DNA of 64,000 nt from Zygnema circumcarinatum SAG 698-1b (Eukaryota; Plantae; Zygnematophyceae). Both the position numbers and the translations under genes were made by a program. The notes under the pieces are model-generated. The model was given only the letters and a program-made list of their open reading frames with translations, made no database searches and was not told the DNA's origin. This document shows positions 18,272 through 30,539 of the stretch, piece after piece. The DNA is taken from the NCBI GenBank assembly GCA_037447605.1, contig CM074808.1:1860001-1924000 (forward strand), in the 5' to 3' direction. How positions within the stretch are numbered: the first letter of the stretch is position 1; every line of letters starts with the position of its first letter.

Positions 18272-20551
18272 TTCAAATAGTTGACACGCCATATTTCAGC
18301 TCTGCTAGTCTTCACTCTCATTTGCACTTTTGTTTATGTCATCTTATGAAGTCGACAAAGCATCTACAGAGGAGATCTCAGAATACTGTATTCGCAAAAA
18401 GAATGACCACGCGTTTGCTTCTAACGTGCTCAGTCAAACTTTTTGAAGTCCTTTGCGACCAGTTCCTCGTGGTTCCCCATGATGCTGATTTTGTCCCTGT
18501 ACACTTGATGACGTCATTGCCATCGTGAGATCAATGCCACACCTTCTTCATCTCTCTCGCTGCCATCGACTGACTGTGCCTGGATGGTATATGGAATGCC
18601 ATGTTTTTGTTTGATGATGATGATGATTTTGTCCATGTTCATTTGATGGCATCATCGCCATCTTGAGATCAATGCCACATCCATTTCACTTTCAAGTTCA
18701 AGTGCAATTGGAAATCGGCCCTCGACTCGACCGACTCCCCTCCGAACAATGGCGCGGGCCCGTTGCGGCCATGGAACCCGTCGCGGTAGTCGTCCGATTC
18801 CACCTGCGATCGCATGACGCCGGCCGTTGGGTCCAGAAGCCTTCGCCACGCTAACCGTCGATTCTTGAAACTTCCAAAACGCGTTAATTCCATAACGTGC
18901 GGCCGACGTTACGTGCAGAGCACTCCCACTTCTTCCTATATATTTACTACGAGGCCCGTTCAGCAATATCGCAAACGCGAATTCTACAATTCCACCTTGC
19001 CTCGAGTCTGGAGCCACCTGTCGGAATCTCGGAAATCGTCGTCTCTCTGCCGCCGGCACTCAGAATCTGCTTACTCGTCAATTCGCGATGAAGTCCGCCG
19101 TAGCCGCCACCGCCCCCTCCCGGTCGCCCTCGCCTCTACGAAGAGGGCGACGAAGCGCGGAGAGCTCCCCTCGCCATGGCTGCCACGCCAAGCAGTGGAA
19201 GGTCCGCGGCCGCCATGGCTGTGGCCACCGCCGCCATGGCTGGGCCTCTCGTGCTGGTGGGGGGGAGGAGGGCTCAGCCGCCATGGGGGATGAAGTGCAG
19301 GCCCTCGCCGCGGAGATGAGATCCCTCCGCGTGGCATCGAAGCCATGGCACCATGGCGGGAGGAGAGGGAGAGGACAGGGGAAGGAGCGCGGGGAGAGAC
19401 GCGGTCGCTTTGGGAGCGCAGAGAGGCGCCATGGCTGTCACTGCGGGCATGGCCGGGCCTCCTCGCCTGGGATGAAGATGGAGGAGGGAGAGGGAGGCCT
19501 TCTGTAGTCGCGTAGAGGGGGCTGATGTAGCTGATGGGGTTAGTGAGGGGGGGTACAAGTTAACGTCGTGAAGTTGTAAAAGGGGACGGATAAAAGAAAT
19601 AAAAAATTCTTAAACTGGTGGTATGTTATGTTTCACTGTGATGTGCAAAATTCCAAAGCTTGTGGGAAGCGATGGGCGGCTTTTTTTTTCCTCCTGATTC
19701 TTTTTTTTTTTCTTCCTATTTTGATACGGCTATGGAAACAGATGCCCTACTTTTGCTTAGTGAAGGAAGAGAGGGAGGGCAGGTCTGAGGCATTTGATGG
19801 AGTTGGGCGGCAAGCAAGTCCGGAGTAAGATGGAAAAACGGTTCTGCAACTCTTTCAACTAGTTTTCGCCTTAATGGGGTCTAAGTAAGGAAGGGGTATA
19901 TGGTGCCACTGCAAGCGAAGCAGACAAGCCGGCTCCCATGAAGCGAACAGTGGCATAATGATGCTGCTAAACAAGCAGGAGTGTGATCGGCATGGTTGCT
20001 TTTATCGGTGAACTTCTCATGGAAAGTGGCGCTTGCTTGCATTTAAGGACGTGAGGAGAGCAAGCAGCCAAGGAGCAAACAGGCAACAGAGGGACAAGAG
20101 ACGAAGGAGCCCGGTAGGCTTCATACGAGAATTGACACTTACAGATGGATAGGAACGGCCAGCGGGATCTACTAAGTGCAGCCCGCGCGGAAGGCCGTAA
20201 AAAATACGGAACTTGCAACAAATAATCCGACCTTTTCCTCCTCTCACTTCCCGGACTTAATTGACAATTATACACACTCAGTTGCTTCAAACCTGAAACA
20301 GCTAGAGCTTTCCTCTTATTACTCCTGTCAATCATAGTTCTAATATTGCCGAATAGAGCCATAATTTTCAACTATACATATAATAGTATACAAGCCGTGT
20401 TGACAGTGATTTAGCCTCAATAACCGCTCATCCTTTACATAGTAAACACGTATACCATAAATTATGCTATCAGAACCTTCCATGTTGGCTCTCCATGTGT
20501 GATAAGAGTCAATTGCCTCTCCCACCATGCTCTGCAAACGCGCTTCAATCT

Positions 20552-22430
20552 CTACAAGGGCGCCAAGAGGTGCCGGACCTGCTCCAACGTCACGAACAGG
20601 ATGACAGTGAAGGGCCCTTGCCGCAGCACTGTGGGAACAAAGCCCTGCAGCGCAGCACACGAACCCCACAAAACACAGTATAAAACAACCATTCCAACCA
20701 CCTCAATCAGGGGTTTCAGAACAGATTACGACCCCTTTAGCATTCTCATGAATGGCGGCGGCACCTTGTAGAGGGCAGAGAGGCCCTCCGCGTGCGCGAG
20801 CTTGAGGGCGCAGTCGAGGGCTCCGCTGTAGCGCGGCGCTTGGCCGCCCTCCGCCTTCATCTCCATCAGCCGCGTCTTCACCACGTCCAAAGGGCAGGAC
20901 GTCACGGAGGCCACCAGCCCCGCCGTGAAGCTTGCAGCAACATGCGCCGCCATCCCGTCCCGCAGGCCGCCGCTCAGCAGGGCCTCCTTGGCCTGGTCAT
21001 ATGTGGCAAGCTGCGGAGAATCGGGTGGCATTCAGGGTCGGAACTGAGGATGTGAAGCATGCAAGGGAGGGCATCAAGTGGAAGAGACTTGAGCTGTTCT
21101 GGTGAGGGCCACAATCGACGTACTCCGGTTTGAATGCGATTATAAGTTTTTGTTAGAGGAACCCACCTGGAATCGTTTCAAAGATGCTAATAATTGGATA
21201 ATTACACACCAGGTTCCCTTCCCTCTACTCCTACTCCACTCTCCACCACTAAGAGGACTCAGCTGTACAGCACGCCTACCATTGAGAGGCTGAAGGAACT
21301 TACCAAGCATCCTCAACAAACTCCCAGAACTACACAGAAGGATGTCGTTCACGTGAATTGTCTACACTTAATATTTCAACCCCATTCTGCTCTGCATACA
21401 CTGTCGGAAAATGTACCTGTGACGCTGTGACCACCATGGCGCGCTGTACAGTTGGCCCGCAGCCTCTCCATAAAACTGCGACTCCTTCCTCGCTGCCAAT
21501 CCGCCACAGTGCATCTCCCACATGCCTATAATTTCGACGCAAATGTGGTGCAAGGCGGCCATCTGCCTGCATAAACCCGACATGCATCATACAATCAGTC
21601 GGTATATGAATCAAAGGAAGATGTTTTGGTCCAGGCGCGAGCTCCCTTTACTTTGGATCTTCCACAATATTAGGCGCGATCTTTTTAAGGCGCACGTTGG
21701 TCCAATCTTTGTAATTCAACTGACCATATTGTAAGCGTACGGCACCAAAAGTAAACCAACCTGCATCCGCACCATCACCAAGTCGGCAGGGTTTCCGACA
21801 GCGGCGCCAAGTCCACCAGATACAAGGCCGGCAATGATCTTTTTGTGCAGAGGGAGGCCCTGAACCTTGCCATCCGCTCGCTTCTCTTGGCACGCCTCCT
21901 TCAAAATCTCATATATTCCCATACGTGATGACGAATACACCCCTTGCCTCAAAACTGTGGCCGATACTCCCGAAAACAGTGCTCCCATGCCCTCCACTTG
22001 CGCGATCCGCAGCCCCACTGCAATAGGTCCAGGGCGAGCCTCCACAACAGCAGGAAAGCCAAGAGTTGCCGAAAAAGTGCCACTTGTCACGCTTCCAAGC
22101 ACAAGCGCTGGGTGTCGAGGCATGAATACTTCTGCCTGAAGCTGCAGATACACTCCAATGTTTAACAGATCGAATGATTGTCAGCTGGTTGCTGCTTTCC
22201 TTGGACGAATGCAGAATAGGATTCACATGCTTTAAACCAGACCTTTCCTCAATGACCTTTCATTCTGCTCACTGCACTCACAAGGTCACCTGGAAAAAAC
22301 GCGAGCATTCTTGGAGGCTGACCTGCATGCGAACTTTTACAAGGTCGAGAGGGTGAGTGAGAGTCCCTGCCACCACGGAGGCCAAGCCTCCCTCTACAAA
22401 CCCCTTCCAGCGCGCCTCCTTACGCGCCAT
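20552..22430 (-). CDS. DIC: Mitochondrial carrier, dicarboxylate carrier (DIC / UCP5-like) subfamily
   Basis: WKGFVEGGLASVVAGTLTHPLDLVKVRMQ; GNPADLVMVRMQ / ADGRL...RRNYRHVGDAL; CPLDVVKTRLM; GFVPTVLRQGPFTVILFVTLEQVRHLL-stop. Three Px[DE]xxK/R carrier signatures are present. Confidence 0.9.
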
Positions 22431-22965
22431 GCTTGAAACTGCACCCAGTATGCACACACCCATTTTTAGAATTCTGTTTGTCTGACAACTGAAAAGCCAT
22501 TGCAGGTTCAATGCCTCTCCTCATACTATATTTGCTGTCTAAGTCCAGCTCTCTCGTCAATGTCACACAATGCAAAAAGGCCAAAGAAAAATATATATTT
22601 CTACATACAAAGAAGCCTAGACCCATTTTTTCAAGAAATTACAGGGACAAGTGAAAATGAAAAGCCTGTGCACGCTGAGCATCGCTGGAAGAGCAGCAAG
22701 TACCTAGCAGGCAATTTCCTGGACGTCAGAGATAGATACAGATAAAAATACTCCCAAAGATAAACTCATTAAGATACAACATGCGATTCCTCCTTGTGTT
22801 TTCTCATCCAACCTTGCCAGCTGCTTCACAGCCAAATACTCACTATGCGCTCTCAGTCTGCGCAGTCCCCGCCAACCTCTCAGCGCCCGCTTCTACAAAC
22901 AGAATTAAGAAGGGGGCGGCTGCCCGCGAACCCGGGAGGGCGCGCCGCCCTGGGGCCGCCCGGCC

Positions 22966-23836
22966 GCCACGTGGCCATCGCGCGAGGAGATGGCGCCACG
23001 TGGCGGGCGGGTCGTTTTGGGACGAGGTCAAAGCCCTCCAACAGTCGTCACCGGCCGTTGGCGGACGGCCGCGGTTCCATGGCAGTCGGCCGCCACGGCG
23101 CGCCGTTGAACTGACGGCCGGCGCATGCTGGAGAGACTGTTACGGAACAATGTCCACGGAACGACTGCATTTTTGTTCTCTTTTGTTCTTTTTAACATTC
23201 GGGATATTTGACAAAATCGAAAATGTCGGAGAATTGCCGATAATAGGGGGTGTCAGACTTAAAAAATTTCAGTACGCGTGTTCGTAAGTTTTACATCAGA
23301 ACGAGTACTCCTGTATAATCGCGATCCTACTGCGGCGGAGTACTTTCGTAACCTTTTTTTTCGTAACGCTTTTCGTAAGATTTTGTTAAGTCTGACACCC
23401 CCTAATAGGGGGTGTCAGACTTAAAAAATTCTCGTAAGTTTGAGACCAGAACGAGTACTTCGGTGACATCGCAATCCTGGTGCGGCGGAGTACTTACAAA
23501 ACGTTTTTGTTCGTAAGATTTCGTTAAGTCTGACACCCCCTAATGCTGCCACTTCTTCTGCCAAAAATACCAATTTCTTCTTCTTCTTCTTCTTCTCCTC
23601 TTGTTTCGAAGAGCAAAGCCAACCAACTAGGCAGCCAGCCTTTGGAATAGAACGTGGCATTGGCCTCACGCACGCATGCGCAGCCGTGCCATGAAACAAC
23701 CGCTCATGCGCAACAACAACATGGGGAACCACGAGGAACCGGCCGCCCGGCCACAACTGACCTGACGGGACAAGCTTGGAGACAACACAACACGGCTCTA
23801 GAGCACAAGTGAAGGGCCCAGATGGAGCCACGTGGC
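22966..23836. promoter_or_regulatory. Three perfect GCCACGTGGC G-box/ABRE-type palindromes in the divergent intergenic region
   Basis: Copies at 22966-22975, 22995-23004 and 23827-23836, between the DIC ATG (22430) and the ATG at 24241. Function is inferred. Confidence 0.4.
23245..23541. mobile_element. Tandem pair of MITE-like elements (159 and 135 bp) with TIR AGGGGGTGTCAGACTTAA
   Basis: Units 23245-23403 and 23407-23541 each have ~18-bp TIRs. AAT occurs before, between and after the units (3-bp TSD-like). Superfamily not assigned. Confidence 0.8.
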
Positions 23837-24240
23837 GCGGACGGCCATCGGATGGTCGGCAGCAGCCTTGGCTTATGCAAGGAGCGTGCAGACGACCCTG
23901 CAGAGCTGCAGACTGACTGGGAGGGAGAGACGCTGTTCTGCGTTCAGGAAGCGCTCTGCTTCTGCTCCTCGTGCAGGCATTTCATAGCCTCGCCATGGTT
24001 TGGGGGTCAATGACTGTCCGTTGATGGTTCTCTCCCTATTTATTCGTTCTCTCTCGCCGCCCTTCTCGATCGTCTCCCGCTCTCCGTCCTCTCCGACGTG
24101 CTGTGTCCGCTCCCTCTCTTCTCGTTGTTTAGATAAAGCAACGTCGATGGAACCGTAAGCAAAGGAAGGAAAGAAAATCTGCCGCTTTACTTGCCGCCCT
24201 TTCCTCCGATTTCGGGCTGCTTTCGCCAGTCATTTCAGTT

Positions 24241-26927
24241 ATGGAGGCCAATCCCGGCACGCATCTCTCTGCCACGAAGCGGCCTCGCCCTTCGGACTCT
24301 GATGAGATTGTTCTCGACAACTACCATTTACAGAAGCGGTATCTCACTGAGGTAGGTCGCAGTCCTCCATTCGCAGTAATTTCTTTTTAGCTAAGACGTA
24401 TTGTTTTCTATAGTGGATATAGCGCACTGTGGAAAGAGCAGTTCAAGATTTGGATGGCATTTGCAGTTTACGACGATTCATTTCTGCTCCATTAAAAGCA
24501 TTCCTTTTATCAGTACTCTGTTACTAGTTTGCTGTTAGCTTAGCTAGTTAGTCTAGCTAACCTGTTCAGGTTGCTAGACTTACCTGTTGACCAGAAAATT
24601 ATGACTGAAAATATTTGATGAGGGCTTTTTTGATTTCTGCAAGGCTACTGGACCGTACATTTCTTTGTATAGTGGAGCTCAGTTAAGAATCGGCCGACAG
24701 TCACGACGTTCCTCTCTATTTAAGGATCGTTCGAATATTGAATTCATGCCATTTTCCAGCTGTGCTTGATCTGTATTGAGTGAAAAAGATCGAATGACGG
24801 GCTCGAATGGCGACGCTTGTGAGAACATTCGAGCTGTTTGTAGGATCTGTTTGTAGATTGTTTTATGTCTGGGATCTGGTTAAAATCACCTGAACAACGA
24901 CTGAACGGAAAGAGAACTTTGTGCAGGTCATGGCGTCTAGTCTTAATGGCTTGAAGATGGCGGATAGCGGTAAAAGGTCTGGACCTGCTGTAGGTTCTGC
25001 CTCAGGAGGAAACGCACTCCTGGTGGAGTTTCCTGGAGGTTTTGGGATGACGGAAACCCCAAGTGGAAGTGGGCCTTCAGCTTCTCCTTTTGCAAGTCAC
25101 GGGTATGTTGAGTTTCTATCGTTGTGCAAACTGTTTCATGAAGTTTATCTATGCATGTTTGTCCGTTATACTTTCCTCAACTATGTTCTGTTCATATATG
25201 CTGCCATTTGCGGGTGAAGTGGACATTTCGTTAGCTTAAAAGGGGATTTTTTTTCTTGGGCTTCTATCAACGACGAAGATATAATGAGCTAGCATTTTGA
25301 GTACCTATATTAGCCACAACTGCGGTAACTCAAAGTGCTAAATGTGCTTCGATTCTTCCTTAGCCATCTCACTTCACCTTGTTGCCCTGCATAACAGGGG
25401 AACAAGCCATAGAATCTCCTTCCACCTGATGACAACATGACTACCAAATAGCTGAACAACGCTTGGCCACATGCCTGCAGGGATGACATGTCCACACATG
25501 ATTCGACCATGTCAGATGACAGTGAAGACAGTGTTGGATGGCGAGCCGCCAATGCATATGACTTATCTCATATACCTTCACAATCCCCCATTTCCCGTCG
25601 TTCCAAGTCAGGAAGCCCCCCTAGCCCTGTCTCTCCGGGAAGAGGTGGGAAGCTCCCCCCTATTTGGAGCCTCTCGCGGCCCCGTAGCCCCACTACTTCC
25701 GGACCCTCCGCTTCATGGGTTGGAACTCAGACATCGCCAGGAGGACTAAATCCGTGGGGAACACCGTTCCAGCGAGCTGCTAATACTTCATTGGGTGGAC
25801 AAGGACCACCCCCAAACACTGCACTGCAGCTCCAAGCTCGGCCTTGCAGTATCCCGAGTCACAAGAGTATGACTTCACCTCGCCATCTGACGGATAAGGT
25901 TGATGGCAAGCTCCCTCCATCACCTAACGATCCAAACCAGTCAGCTAATTTGAGACGGGCAGCACTACTGCGGTCGCTCCAAATGCGAACACAGCCACAG
26001 TTACCAACCAGTAGTGCGAACTTGGCTAATGCAGAAGCTGGAGCAGTCGCGGGGGAAGAGGGAGTTTTGGGCTCAGGAGAAGGCAGGGACGCCTGCTCTG
26101 CTTCCACAAGTGGTCTTCAATCATCGACAACGTTAGGTCTTCATCCCTCCGTTTTGTCTATGACCTCGTATATGCCGGATGCACATAAAGGGCTATCAGC
26201 CGCAAGCTGTACGAACAGTGAAGCTAAAGGAGGAGGATCCCTTTCACGAAGTGTATCTCGAGCAGCATTTCCAGGGGTTCTTTCTACGTCAGCCCTCGGA
26301 AGGCCGTCCGATGATGGAGCAATGGAGGTGTCTGCAGGACTGGGAACTGCAGAAGGTGCTGCAAATGACACTTGGAAGCCTGCTTCGGATCATCCTTTAC
26401 CTACTATAGCAGCCTTGGAATCAAGCTGTAGTAAGGGATCACAGAGGCCTGTGATGAGGGAGGAGGGCTTCTCATTAAGGTCGGAAAGGACTGGATCAAA
26501 TCTAGTTGGAAGTTGTGCAGAATCTCCTATGTGTTCTCGAGGTGAAGTCGACTCTGGAAGGGTGGCCTGGGGGAGTTTACTCGAAACAGGCCAGGTCGAA
26601 GGCGACTTTGGTTCAACTCCAGAGTGTAGCCCCCTTGATGGAAGTCCTGAAATTCACGTTCGACAGCCGGGAAAGCGCGCGGCAGGACGGTGGTTAACGG
26701 CTGACCGAGAAACTCGGTCATCTCCAAAGAGACATGCACGAAGAAGTTCCTCAGGTGCCGGCTTGGCCCTTCTGAGGCAGAACAGTTCGTCTCTGCATGA
26801 CCGGACAGACTTCGCATTTCCAACAGTTGAAGAAGCTAACGATGACAGTGGCACTGTGGAGGCGCTCTCCCCCTCTTCAAAAGGCGACAATGAGAGGTGT
26901 ATAGGTTCAGTTCATGAGGATATTTAG
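24241..26927 (+). CDS. Conserved plant protein of unknown function (Ser/Pro-rich, 3 exons)
   Basis: MEANPG...LDNYHLQKRYLTE / VMASSLNGL... / ...MSDDSEDS...KLPPSPNDPNQSANLRRAALLRSLQMRTQP. I recall these blocks from an uncharacterised land-plant family; 479-codon ORF 25488-26927. Confidence 0.7.
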
Positions 26928-27945
26928 GAGGAAATGGCGCCGACTGTACAGGAGACGAGAATAAGTGCTTGCTATAAGGTGAATGGGCTCAAAGGTGCAA
27001 CTCCGGCACTTATGTTGACTCGAATTTCAGGACTTTTTCTCCTTATTTACAACACACGTCAAAATAAGGTGCTTTCGCCATTTTATGTCATACAGACGCT
27101 AGTGAACTTGCTGCACCATAGACGGGTTTTGCTTTATTTTGTGGGAATAATGGGAAAAATGGGAAGAGAAGTGAGTGCAGTGCAGTGTGCCGCCGTGAAT
27201 TGTGGTGATGAGTGATGATGATGCTGAGGGTCCCATAAGCGGGCACATGGCTCACAGTCATTAGCAAACATGGGACTACTTTCGGAGCCGCCTGCCCCGA
27301 CGAAAAAGTTTGGTAAGGGGGCAGGTCCATGGGAACCCATAAACCGTTGTGAACGGCTTTACTGATGTTTGTCTTTACAGTTCTAAAAAGGAAGGCATGA
27401 ACCCACTCTGTTACTTCCTGGAGGTACATGTTTCACCCATGTTTCAGTCAAGTGATGAAAAATATGAGTACAGCGAACGACTCCTTGAACATTGATTAAA
27501 AAAAATATCGGAATTTACAGCGGTTTTAGAAATAACAGGCTGCGGATCAAGATCCTCGTGCGTTGCCTTTTTATAGAAATGTCTGCGAACCTTAATTATG
27601 TGAAGTGAATTGAAACGGAAACTGATCGAACACATAAGCTGTTTAATATTGTTTTTGTTCAGTTGCGCGAGTGGCGATTTAGATTCCTGATTAGCGGAAT
27701 TGGAAACTGGTTATCTCTTTTGATTGGAAACCACCTGCGCGCCACGTGTCATAACTAACCTTTAAACGACTCGAAATATCTCTAGTGTCAACACGGCCTA
27801 TAACCGCTCGCCACGTGGCCAAAGGACTAGTTCTACGTGTGCCCACTAAGAGACAAAGACTGTCGGTCGGTCCACGCCCAGACCGAATCTCTTAAGGACC
27901 TACGACAACGGCTTAAGACCGTACAGCGTACAATTCTTTGCTATA

Positions 27946-28395
27946 CAGTAGACCCCCCCAATATCTTCGCCATGGTTTCGGCAAATATTGGGCGAAAATA
28001 TTGGGTAGCAAAAATATAAGGGTGTCCGTGTTAACAATAGGCGGGCGGTATTCTGTTAGAGTTTCTGTTTGTCCGTACGTATCGTATCGTATCATGTCGT
28101 ATCGTAGCGAATCTACGAAGAAGAGGAGAGGAGCGAGCGCCTCTTACGGCGGCAAGTGCGGGAAGAGTCGGTGAGCCCGTAACGGCTAGTACAGCTAGTA
28201 CGGCTAGTAAGGCTAGTACAGTACGACTAATTTGGCTAGTACGACTAGCAAGGCTAGTACAGTACGGCTAATACGGCTAGTACGGCTAGTACGGTTAACA
28301 CATACTTCCGTACAAAAAAGTGGTTTTGGCAAAATCAGGGCGAAAATATTGGGTAGCGAAAATAAGAGGGGCGAAAATATTGGGGGGGTCTACTG
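27946..28395. mobile_element. Tc1/mariner (pogo-like) non-autonomous element, 450 bp
   Basis: Perfect ~19-bp TIR CAGTAGACCCCCCCAATAT...ATATTGGGGGGGTCTACTG flanked by TA on both sides; subterminal GGGCGAAAATATTGGG repeats; internal CGGCTAGTA 9-mer array (about 28185-28295). Confidence 0.85.
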
Positions 28396-28699
28396 TACCC
28401 CTATTGTACCCAACACACACACCGGTACAAACATGCCGTTCGAGCATTGCCAACCGACAATCACAATCTCGCGATTACGAAAACCGTAAAATAACCGTTT
28501 TGGGCGTTGTCAACCGAACCATTCCAAATCTTGCAATTAGGTGGATCGGACTGTCGCGCGACCGACATATTAGGACCGTGCGCGTACGGACGGCGACGCC
28601 GCGCGCGCGGGTCGGCCGCGCGTCGCATCTGGGCGTCGTATGCGCGTGTCGCATGAACGACGTCGCCGGTGTCGCACGCGCGCGTCGCGCGGGCGCGAA

Positions 28700-28980
28700 C
28701 AAAAATTGACGGAAAAGGAAAGTTACGAAAGTACTCCTCTATAGCAGGGTCGCTATGTCACCGGAGTACTCGTTCTAGTGTCAAACATACTGACGTTTGT
28801 TACGTTTCATACCCCCTATTATGGCTGGTCAGACTTAACAAAATTTGACGAAAATGGAAAGTTACGGAAGTATTCCTCTGAAGAATAGGACTTGTCAGAC
28901 TTAACACAACGTGAGTATGTTTTAAAACAGAACGAGTACTCCGATCAAATAGCGATCATTCTTGAGAGGAGTACTTCCGA
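28700..28980 (-). mobile_element. Degenerate tandem copies of the TGTCAGACTTAA MITE-like family
   Basis: Contains ccccct-ATT-atggctggtcagacttaac, ttgtcagacttaac and gagtactc motifs matching the 23.2-kb elements. Confidence 0.55.
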
Positions 28981-29768
28981 TATTTAGATATTTAGGTATT
29001 TAGATTCTTGATTTTTACATGATTGTGCCAGTGCCAGGTTTGTCCTATGCAGCAACACTTGTTTTGTTCCACCACTGAAAACATTACGAAACTGGCTTAT
29101 GACCGCAGCCAAAAAAAAAAAAAAAAAAAAAAATGAAATATGGTACATTTTATATTGTTTATACAATTTTTTATGTAGTGACGTCTGTAAATAAATCATG
29201 ACATCGAATTGGAAAAAATGTGTCTAGACTTGTCACCCACAAGCACACTCTTCTATGACTTAGACCGAATAACTTCCTCACTGCTGTCTTGAGATGATTT
29301 ATTCTGTCTATGAATTGTCTGTCTGAATCTCTTGCAGTAGATGCCTCTAATTCAAAGCGAACATAATGAAGACAAGGGCAAGCTCGCAAAAGTGACAAGA
29401 CTATGTCTAGAAACTCTGCCCGCATCACATTCTGAAACGTACAAAATCGCATTTCTGGAAAAGTTTCAGCATGTCGTAAAGCATCAGACAGTTTATCCTG
29501 TGCATAACAATAACTGAATTGTGCTTCTTCTAAGGTTTTGCTGCTTTTCAGTAAAAACTCAAAGTTAGAATTGGCAGAAGTACCCGAACAATGTATCTGT
29601 TCTACATCCAAGTTATGTTGGGAACAGACGTTCTTATCGGCACTTGAATATACTGTTAAGCGGTGGATGGATGGTTGCCGATGGATAAAATCAAGTTGGT
29701 CTATGTCACTGTGGATGTCAAAATATTTCAAAAGTTGGCAGAAAATGACGGCTTTTCCGATGTTTCCA

Positions 29769-30215
29769 TGTAACGAAACGCTATACATGGGTCGTATGGC
29801 CGAGTACTTACATCCGCGGTTGCCTTTTAATGGTAAAGCACTTAGGTGAATAGCGGGAGGTCCTGAGTTCAAACCCTGCTGGAGGCAGTGGTTCGTTACA
29901 TTGGTATCAGAGCCTAAGGATTGGTATTTGCAATCCACCCTAAAAACACCGTGATCTCTGAGCATGGTACGGTTGGCCAATTGGGGTTTGAACCGTCCAA
30001 CACATGTGTTGAAAGAGCTTGAACGCTGCTCGTGAAAAACCTTGACTGCGCTCGAGGACGAGCCCGGTTTAGGTGGGGAGGAATGTAGCGAAACGCTATA
30101 CATGGGTCGTATGGCCAAGTACTTACATCCGCGGTTGCCTTTTAATGGTAAAGCACTTAGGTGAATACCGGGAGATCCTGAGTTCGAACCCTGGTGGAGG
30201 CAGTGGTTTGTTACA
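29769..30215 (+). mobile_element. Complete TRIM with tRNA-derived LTRs (Helenus/TRIMp3-like)
   Basis: TSD TTCCA (29764-68 and 30216-20). LTR1 29769-29900 and LTR2 30084-30215 are 132 bp, TG...CA, with 7 mismatches. PBS TGGTATCAGAGC 29902-13; PPT AGGTGGGGAGGAA 30071-83; 183-bp non-coding interior. Confidence 0.95.
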
Positions 30216-30539
30216 TTCCATCTACCCCAAGATGAAGATGTTCCAATTATGAGCACTCAATCCGCAAATCTGTTGTTTTTCCATGAATAACAAGTTTGTG
30301 CAACGTCGAATGTTGGATGACCAGCATCTTGTTGTCAAACTCATTATTGATGTGAAGTGTACGAAGTATGGGAAAAAGTTGAAGAAAGTGGTGAAACGTG
30401 CCGAATGGAAACACCTCGGCATGGCCATTTATACATCCTCGCAATCCAGCCGCAATCGTCGTCAACTTTTTGAGAGGCTTTGTTAGTTGTCTTCCCAGTG
30501 GTGTGAGTTCTACAGGAACATTTAATGTCTCAAGGCATG

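Noticed and set aside
23245-23541. CRISPR-like repeat-spacer array (also considered for 60877-63121)
   Set aside because: The repeats are terminal inverted repeats around homologous interiors in eukaryotic DNA; there are no unique spacers and no cas genes.
29821-29887. tRNA gene
   Set aside because: The 5' acceptor/D-stem region is shortened, the anticodon stem is mispaired, and the block lies inside LTRs. It is treated as a tRNA-derived module rather than a tRNA gene.
29171-30256. 361-aa ORF as a genuine protein with an internal repeat
   Set aside because: The repeated peptide is just the two TRIM LTRs read antisense and fused to the F-box gene's 3' half.
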